This document shows, one piece after another, positions 58,503 to 64,000 of a stretch of DNA of 64,000 nt. The DNA is from a virus, in IMG/VR virus record IMGVR_UViG_3300036831_000050, positions 18,354 to 82,353 of that record; one strand, 5' to 3'. A model generated the notes under the pieces. It was not told the origin of the DNA, did not search any database, and worked only from the letters and a program-made list of their open reading frames with translations. Position 1 is the first letter of the stretch; every line of letters begins with the position of its first letter. The position numbers were made by a program, and so were the translations under genes.

Positions 58503-59162
58503 GTGGAAGCTGACATCGAAGAGATCAAGCAGGCCGTGCACGACGCGGTGAAGCTCCGGCCGCCGACGAACGACGACGAACGGCTCCCCCCTCAGGCGAA
58601 GGTGTCACTGTTCGAGGACTACTTGTTACGGTCGGCGTGGATGCGCGCAGAGTTGGAGGAGTGCGTGTTCTGGCTCGACGGCGTGGTGGCAGAGTTGAAG
58701 GCCAAGGTGGAGAGTATGACCGGCTATGAAGCTCTGCTCCCGCGCAAGCCACAGGACCGCATCACGCAGGCAGACATCAACGCGGCGAAGGCCAAGGTTG
58801 ACCCCCCGACCTTTGAGGCGGGGGCCGAGGCCAAGCACCTCCGGGTGCACGCCCTGCGGCAGATCACACGCTTGGAGTTCGAGGCCCAGTGGGTCATTTC
58901 ACGGGCTTACACCATGATTTCAGGTGGCTCGTAGGTCAAATCGCCGGTCGGCGGCGTAAATTACAGAGAGATGGCGCGGCTCTGGGACACCAACATGGCG
59001 GACAAGGCTGCGGCCATCGACCAGGCCACCAAGCTCGGTGGGGTCGTCGTCCACCCGCCGAAGAGCACCGGCTTTGGCCAGGAGCGCCCGCAGCCGCCAC
59101 ACCGGCTGCGCCTTGAGGCCGAAGGCAGTCATCTCCCCGGCCAGCCGGACGAGGACTTCTGA
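58503..59162 (+). CDS. Two hypothetical proteins (58503-58934, 58971-59162)
   Basis: The second is leaderless behind GGCGTAAATTA (58953-58963). Confidence 0.55.
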
Positions 59163-61555
59163 TGACCGAGCCGACCTTCCCCGCCGTCGCCCAGCCGCCC
59201 ATGCGCCGTGGCCACCACGGCGAGATGGTCAACGCGATCATCGACAACCGGACCGGCCTGCCTGACGAGGCGATTCGCGAGGTGGTTCGCGACCGCTGGA
59301 TAGAGACAGCCGGTCTCCAGTACAGCGTCCCGACGAACTTCCAGCTCTACTCCAACAACCAGGGGTCGATGCTGGCTCGGACGCCGTTCAAGACCCCGGC
59401 GTCGGTCATAGACGAGATCAAGTTGGCCCGTAGCGTGGCCGACACCGACGATGACGTGGGCGGCATCATCGGCAACATGATCGCCATTGCCTTCGGGGAC
59501 GGCGTGACCAACCAACACCGGGACGAGAAGACGCTGGAGTTCTTCAACCAGATGACAGCGCCGACGGCCATGGACATCGAGACCGTCTTCGAGGAGATGT
59601 ACCGCGAGTTCCTGATCGCGGGCAGCATCACCACTGTCACCATCTTCGGGCGCCAGCGCATGCAGTATTGGCCGCTGAAGAGCGAGACCCCGGTCCAGGC
59701 CCAGCTTCAGGTGCCCAACGTCGGCATCTTGCCCGCCGAGAATGTCCGTGTCATCTCCAACGACATCATGCGCCAGGGCACGCTCGCCTACTACGTGGAG
59801 GACCAGAACCTCAAGCGGTGGCTGAACGAGTACCTTGACCCGAACACGCCTGGCTCGCGGAAGGCGATCATGGCGATGCAGGAGCCTGTGACAGCGGCGC
59901 TCTTCACCGGCAAGGTGCAGATTCCACTCACCGACGGTGACCCGGCCTCGCGCGGTCAGACGCTCTACACGATGAACCCGCGCATGATTCACCGCTCCAC
60001 GGCGCCGAAGGGAGCCGCCCCATACCCGCGTCCGTTCCTGACACGCAACTTCGCGCTGCTGGAGGCCAAGCGGCTGCTCAACATCATGGACTACGCGCTG
60101 CTCCAGGGCGGCACCAACTACATCGTGGTGGCGAAGAAGGGCAGCGACAACCTGCCCGCCCAGCAGGGTGAGGTGGACAACCTGATGGAGCAGGTACGGC
60201 ACGCTTCCCGTTCAGGCGTAATGGTCGGCGACCACCGGCTGTCCATCGAGATCATCACGCCGAACCTCAGCGAGCTGCTGGAGCCGAAGAAGCGCATGCT
60301 CCTCGGTCGCAAGCTGAAGATGGGCCTGATGCGTCAGACCGAGGAAGTGACAAGCGACGCCGGGACGCAGGGCGCGACCAACGAAATGGAGATGACAGCG
60401 CGCGTCGTCGGAGCCGACCGGCGCAAACTGATTCGTCACGCCAAGGCCACCTTCTACGACGAGACCTCCACGCGCAACCGCTCGGTCTTCCCGATGGGTG
60501 CGCCGAACATCTGGGCACCGAAGATCATTCTCAGCAACGTCGCCGTCTTCTGGACCAACGTGCTCAATGCTCGCGACCGGGGTGACATTCCTCGCCGTTG
60601 GGTGGTGGAGGCGCTGGGCTATGACTACGATGCCGCCCTGGCCGAGCGCGAGCGCGAGCTGGCCCGTGGCGACGATGACATCTTGATGCCGGGTGCGGTG
60701 CCGTTCTCCAACCCCGGCGACCCGCAGGACAACAACTCCGGCCGTCCTCCGGGGGCGAGTCCCAACAACGGACGAACTCAAGACCTGCCGCAACCGATCA
60801 GCGCACGCCCACGCCGGGTTCTCCAGCGCAACGCTGGCGAGACCGTCACGGCCATGGTGGAGGACGGCGAGGTGCACTACATCGGAGAGACCACGGGCGC
60901 GGTGCTGGAGGAGTACGCCGACCGCGCCGACTTCAACGCCTACGTGACACAGGCCGAGAAGGACGCCATCGACTTCAACCAGACGCTCCGCTCTGGCCCC
61001 TCGGTCATCGTGCCGGTCAACCCGTACGTCCGCTGTGACGAGTACGCCTGTGTCAAGCTGGAGGAGGGCCTGCGCATGATCGTCGGCAGGCGCATCGGTG
61101 ACGAGGCGATGATCGCCAGGGCCATACGCTTCAGCGAGCCGCAGTTCGATCTCAGGAAGGCCAGCGAGTACGCACTGCGCTGGGGCTTCATCACCGAGCC
61201 GCTAGTGGAGGGCGACGAGGAGGCCCGCCGTCGTCGGCGCAACAGCGACGCTTCGTTCGGTGGCTTCGGTATGACATGTGTCAACTGCGGCACGTCGTTG
61301 AGCCAGAACAACGGCCCGGTGTGTCAGAACTGCGGCATGGACAACTCGGGCGGCAGCGGCGGCAACCTGGGCGAGGCCGCCATAGCCGAGGTGGTCAAGC
61401 TGCTGGTGGAGAGCGGCAACGCGAACACCGCGCGCCTCATCGAGGAGATCGCCAGGAGCCGGACCGTGCCGACGCCGCCCGCACCGGAGCCTGCCCCCGC
61501 GCCGGACCCAAAGCCTGAACCTGACCCTGCACCCACCCCAGAACCGGAGGAGTGA
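59162..61555 (+). CDS. Portal protein with long C-terminal extension
   Basis: Position between TerL and protease; 797 aa; C-terminal CVNC...CQNC and PEP repeats. Confidence 0.65.
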   Translation: MTEPTFPAVAQPPMRRGHHGEMVNAIIDNRTGLPDEAIREVVRDRWIETAGLQYSVPTNFQLYSNNQGSMLARTPFKTPASVIDEIKLARSVADTDDDVGGIIGNMIAIAFGDGVTNQHRDEKTLEFFNQMTAPTAMDIETVFEEMYREFLIAGSITTVTIFGRQRMQYWPLKSETPVQAQLQVPNVGILPAENVRVISNDIMRQGTLAYYVEDQNLKRWLNEYLDPNTPGSRKAIMAMQEPVTAALFTGKVQIPLTDGDPASRGQTLYTMNPRMIHRSTAPKGAAPYPRPFLTRNFALLEAKRLLNIMDYALLQGGTNYIVVAKKGSDNLPAQQGEVDNLMEQVRHASRSGVMVGDHRLSIEIITPNLSELLEPKKRMLLGRKLKMGLMRQTEEVTSDAGTQGATNEMEMTARVVGADRRKLIRHAKATFYDETSTRNRSVFPMGAPNIWAPKIILSNVAVFWTNVLNARDRGDIPRRWVVEALGYDYDAALAERERELARGDDDILMPGAVPFSNPGDPQDNNSGRPPGASPNNGRTQDLPQPISARPRRVLQRNAGETVTAMVEDGEVHYIGETTGAVLEEYADRADFNAYVTQAEKDAIDFNQTLRSGPSVIVPVNPYVRCDEYACVKLEEGLRMIVGRRIGDEAMIARAIRFSEPQFDLRKASEYALRWGFITEPLVEGDEEARRRRRNSDASFGGFGMTCVNCGTSLSQNNGPVCQNCGMDNSGGSGGNLGEAAIAEVVKLLVESGNANTARLIEEIARSRTVPTPPAPEPAPAPDPKPEPDPAPTPEPEE

Positions 61556-61556
61556 C

Positions 61557-61901
61557 ATGCTACGCCGACACATGCGCGACCGCGACACCAAGCGTGACCT
61601 TGAGGAGTTCGCGGCCCGCCGCGACGAGGACGCCCGCCAGCTCCAGACGTGGGCCACGGAGCATGCCTCCAAGTGGGCGCAGGAGGAGAACGCGGCGAAG
61701 TACAACGCCCAGCAGCGCCGTGACGCCGCCAAGCGTGGCGACGCCCTGCCGGACGGCAGCTTCCCGATCATGGACCAGGAGGACATGAACAACGCTGCCA
61801 CCCTGGCTGGCAACAGCAGCCACCCGAAGGCGACGGTCCACGCCCACATGAAGAAGCAGGCCAAGAAGAAGGGCCTGAAGCTGCCGGACTCGGTTAGCTA
61901 G
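61557..61901 (+). CDS. Small head-module protein
   Basis: ALPDGSFPI.D motif often associated with phage head/protease genes. Confidence 0.55.
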   Translation: MLRRHMRDRDTKRDLEEFAARRDEDARQLQTWATEHASKWAQEENAAKYNAQQRRDAAKRGDALPDGSFPIMDQEDMNNAATLAGNSSHPKATVHAHMKKQAKKKGLKLPDSVS

Positions 61902-61918
61902 GCGCCGACTCCAGTTCC

Positions 61919-61929
61919 GGCGTACATTA
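61919..61929 (+). promoter_or_regulatory. Late-type promoter motif GGCGTACATTA
   Basis: 6 nt before leaderless GTG 61936. Confidence 0.65.
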
Positions 61930-61935
61930 TGAGGG

Positions 61936-63267
61936 GTGGAAGCGACACTCCTCGGTCGGCCGCACGTCTTCGAGCGCGGCGATAAGGTCTACCTGACGAC
62001 CCCGCTCACCGTGGCCAACCCCACGGACGGGCAGATCGAGGAGTTTGCGTTCGCGTCGGCCGTCAAGAACAAGGCGCCCAACGAGAACATCGGGTGGTTC
62101 CAGGGGCGCTACGTTGAGGCTGGCCGCGCCAACCTCAACAACGCGATGTGGCTGAGCGACGAGCTGGCGCTGAAGGCGCTGACTCCGATGCTCATGCCGG
62201 TCACCGTCATGCACGACCCGCGTACTGCCGTTGGCACCATCGCGGACTGCAAGCTCATCAACGAGACTGCCGGTGCCGCGCGCATCGACACCATCTTGGC
62301 CATCTGGCGTCATCGCTTCCCTGACATCTGGGAAGAGGCGGCGGCGAACATCGAGCGTGGCCAGATGATGCAGTCCATGGAGTGCTACGCGCCGTGGTAC
62401 ACGTGCTCGGAGTGCAGCCAGCAATACCTCAAGCTGCCGAACGGTTCCGAGCAGGCATCTTGGTGCGACCATTTACGGGCAAACTCAGGTCGGCGTATAT
62501 TAGGTGATGTTTGCTTCACCGGCACCGGGTTGATCTTCGGGAGTCGTGGCGGAGTGGGCGCCTACACAGAGGCGTACTTGGACCACTTCCAAAACGAGAT
62601 CGCGGAATACCACGACCGGGCACATGTGGACAGTTCGTATCGACCGACTCAGAGGAGCACAAGCGCAATGACACTGGTTCAGATCGAAGACACGGAACTG
62701 GCCGAGCTGCGCCGCGAGCGTAACGAGGCCAAGGCCCAGGTCGAAACGCTCCAGACGGAGAAGCGCGATCTGACCACCAAGGCTGAGCAGGCCGAGGCCG
62801 CGCAGAAGGCGGCCGAGACCGAGCGCGACACTGCCAAGCAGGAGACCGCGCAGCTCAAGACCGAGAAGGACAAGACTGAGCTGGCGAGCAAGCGCCTCAC
62901 GGCGCTCGGCCCCGGCTTCCTGGCCAAGCTGGGCGAGACCAGCAAGGCTCGCCTGACGGAGCTGGCCTCCACGTGCGACGACGCACAGTGGGACTCCGAG
63001 CTGGCCGAGCGCGAGGAGTGGGCCAAGGTCAAGCGTGACGCCCCCGCCGAGGGCGGCGCCACCCCGCCTCCGGGCGGCGGCGGCGACAACAACGGCAACG
63101 GCAGTGAGTCCACCGGGTTCAAGGACGAGGAAGTCGCCTCGTTCATGCGCTCGGGCGTCGCGACCCCCGCTGGCGGTGCGCCCGCACAGGACGGCTCAAC
63201 TTCAGTTCGCCAGTTGGCGCGGAGCTTCGGCTCGAAGCGCCAGGCGGCGGCCGGAGCCAAGTCGTAA
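61936..63267 (+). CDS. Prohead protease fused to scaffold
   Basis: ANLNN, PVTVMH, QSMEC and FTGTG protease-like motifs; C-terminal coiled coil. Confidence 0.7.
   Translation: MEATLLGRPHVFERGDKVYLTTPLTVANPTDGQIEEFAFASAVKNKAPNENIGWFQGRYVEAGRANLNNAMWLSDELALKALTPMLMPVTVMHDPRTAVGTIADCKLINETAGAARIDTILAIWRHRFPDIWEEAAANIERGQMMQSMECYAPWYTCSECSQQYLKLPNGSEQASWCDHLRANSGRRILGDVCFTGTGLIFGSRGGVGAYTEAYLDHFQNEIAEYHDRAHVDSSYRPTQRSTSAMTLVQIEDTELAELRRERNEAKAQVETLQTEKRDLTTKAEQAEAAQKAAETERDTAKQETAQLKTEKDKTELASKRLTALGPGFLAKLGETSKARLTELASTCDDAQWDSELAEREEWAKVKRDAPAEGGATPPPGGGGDNNGNGSESTGFKDEEVASFMRSGVATPAGGAPAQDGSTSVRQLARSFGSKRQAAAGAKS
62668..63267 (+). CDS. Nested in-frame scaffolding protein
   Basis: AGAGGAG RBS before in-frame ATG 62668; internal GGCGTATATTA at 62492-62502. 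Confidence 0.55.
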   Translation: MTLVQIEDTELAELRRERNEAKAQVETLQTEKRDLTTKAEQAEAAQKAAETERDTAKQETAQLKTEKDKTELASKRLTALGPGFLAKLGETSKARLTELASTCDDAQWDSELAEREEWAKVKRDAPAEGGATPPPGGGGDNNGNGSESTGFKDEEVASFMRSGVATPAGGAPAQDGSTSVRQLARSFGSKRQAAAGAKS

Positions 63268-63302
63268 GCAACTGAGACCCCTGAGAGGAGCCTGATTTCA
63301 CC

Positions 63303-63914
63303 ATGAGTCCTGGCGTACTGACCCAGCAAGGCGCATACCCGCTACTCGGAACCGGCGCACTGCCCAACGTCGATGTCGCCTCCCCCGGCGAGGTGTGGTC
63401 CTACAAGCGCGCCAACGGCGTCATCATTCCCGGTTCCTGCGTCCGCCCACACGTCGTGGCGGGCATCGAGTGCGTCCAGCCGGTCGTCGCCGGTGACGCC
63501 GTGGTCGCAGCCGGTGACGGCATTCGGTCACAGGCGCTCTCCATCGCGCTGCGTCAGATCATGACGCCGGACTTGAACCCCGGCTCGCAGTTCAACCCGG
63601 CGCTGGGTCCGAACGAGATCGTCAACCTGCCCATCGCGGACCAGGACTACGTGCGCACGTACCACACGGGCGTCGTGCACCTGACACTGGTCAAGCCCGA
63701 CGCGACGTACGCCCCCGATGACATCATCGGCTGGGACGACACGGCGCCGCGTCCGGCCGGGAAGGCGGCTGGCCTCGGAGCCTGGGCCAAGCACAGCGAT
63801 GACAGTGCCGTCATCGCAGGCACCGACATTCTGATCGTGCACACGTTGCCGCGCTACTACGGCTCGAACAACGAGTGCGTCCTGACCTGCCGGTTCCTGC
63901 GGTCCAACCAGTAG
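63303..63914 (+). CDS. Head decoration / capsid-associated protein
   Basis: 203 aa between scaffold and the next strong-RBS gene. Confidence 0.5.
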   Translation: MSPGVLTQQGAYPLLGTGALPNVDVASPGEVWSYKRANGVIIPGSCVRPHVVAGIECVQPVVAGDAVVAAGDGIRSQALSIALRQIMTPDLNPGSQFNPALGPNEIVNLPIADQDYVRTYHTGVVHLTLVKPDATYAPDDIIGWDDTAPRPAGKAAGLGAWAKHSDDSAVIAGTDILIVHTLPRYYGSNNECVLTCRFLRSNQ

Positions 63915-63962
63915 GCAACCAGGCCGACCACCCACGAAAGAACCGAAGGGAGCTACACACAA

Positions 63963-64000
63963 ATGGACGCCCTGGTAGAGCGCGCACTGGCCGAAGTGGC
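63963..64000 (+). CDS. Start of probable major capsid protein (partial)
   Basis: GAAGGGAG RBS then ATG; assigned by synteny only. Confidence 0.4.
   Translation, partial: MDALVERALAEV

Larger units (their letters stand above)
1..64000. mobile_element. Tailed dsDNA phage genome (near-complete, circularly permuted view), possibly temperate
   Basis: Terminase, portal, protease/scaffold, tail, lysis, replication and tyrosine-recombinase modules; dense overlapping ATGA/GTGA gene junctions; no host housekeeping flank. Confidence 0.95.

Noticed and set aside
1-64000. CRISPR array, diversity-generating retroelement, retron or group II intron
   Set aside because: No regularly spaced repeat-spacer array and no reverse transcriptase motif seen. 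The Big-1 duplication differs mostly at synonymous positions, not specifically at adenines.
1-64000. Prophage boundaries (attL/attR) or host genes
   Set aside because: dnaB, ruvB and rnhA are embedded in phage operons and share the phage's ATCC avoidance; no host-like flank is present

Overview
This window is about 64 kb of a high-GC (visually ~65-70%) tailed dsDNA phage genome, probably infecting an actinobacterium, with no host flanking genes visible. It starts in the 3' end of a probable tape-measure gene and ends at the start of the probable major capsid gene, so only the capsid-to-tape-measure segment appears to be missing. Layout: tail genes (1-7.7 kb); recombination and replication (SSAP, RusA-like, PD-(D/E)XK nuclease, HTH initiator with iterons, DnaB, SSB-like) ending in an ECF-type sigma gene (7.8-19.4 kb); a leftward arm (19.4-36.3 kb) with a tyrosine recombinase, an HTH/histone-like protein, RuvB, a RavA/ViaA-like AAA+/vWA pair and ArdA-like genes; a divergent control region (35.4-36.7 kb) followed by a second, highly diverged sigma-like gene; a small-ORF arm with an Rpf-like transglycosylase and a tRNA-like element; and lysis, HNH, TerS, RNase H, TerL, portal and protease/scaffold genes. 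Four observations stand out. (1) ATCC is almost absent from the + strand (2 seen by manual scan) while GGAT is common, regardless of gene orientation. (2) There is an apparent three-tier transcription circuit: a 17-bp palindromic operator TGTNGCA-N3-TGCNACA at about 9 loci, a repeated divergent ECF-like promoter unit next to the diverged sigma, and a late motif GGCGTANATTA. (3) A hairpin-rich, CGAAC-repeat leader sits at the head of the leftward arm. (4) TGACA/TGTCA is enriched genome-wide. All counts are by eye and all product calls rest on motif recognition, not database searches.
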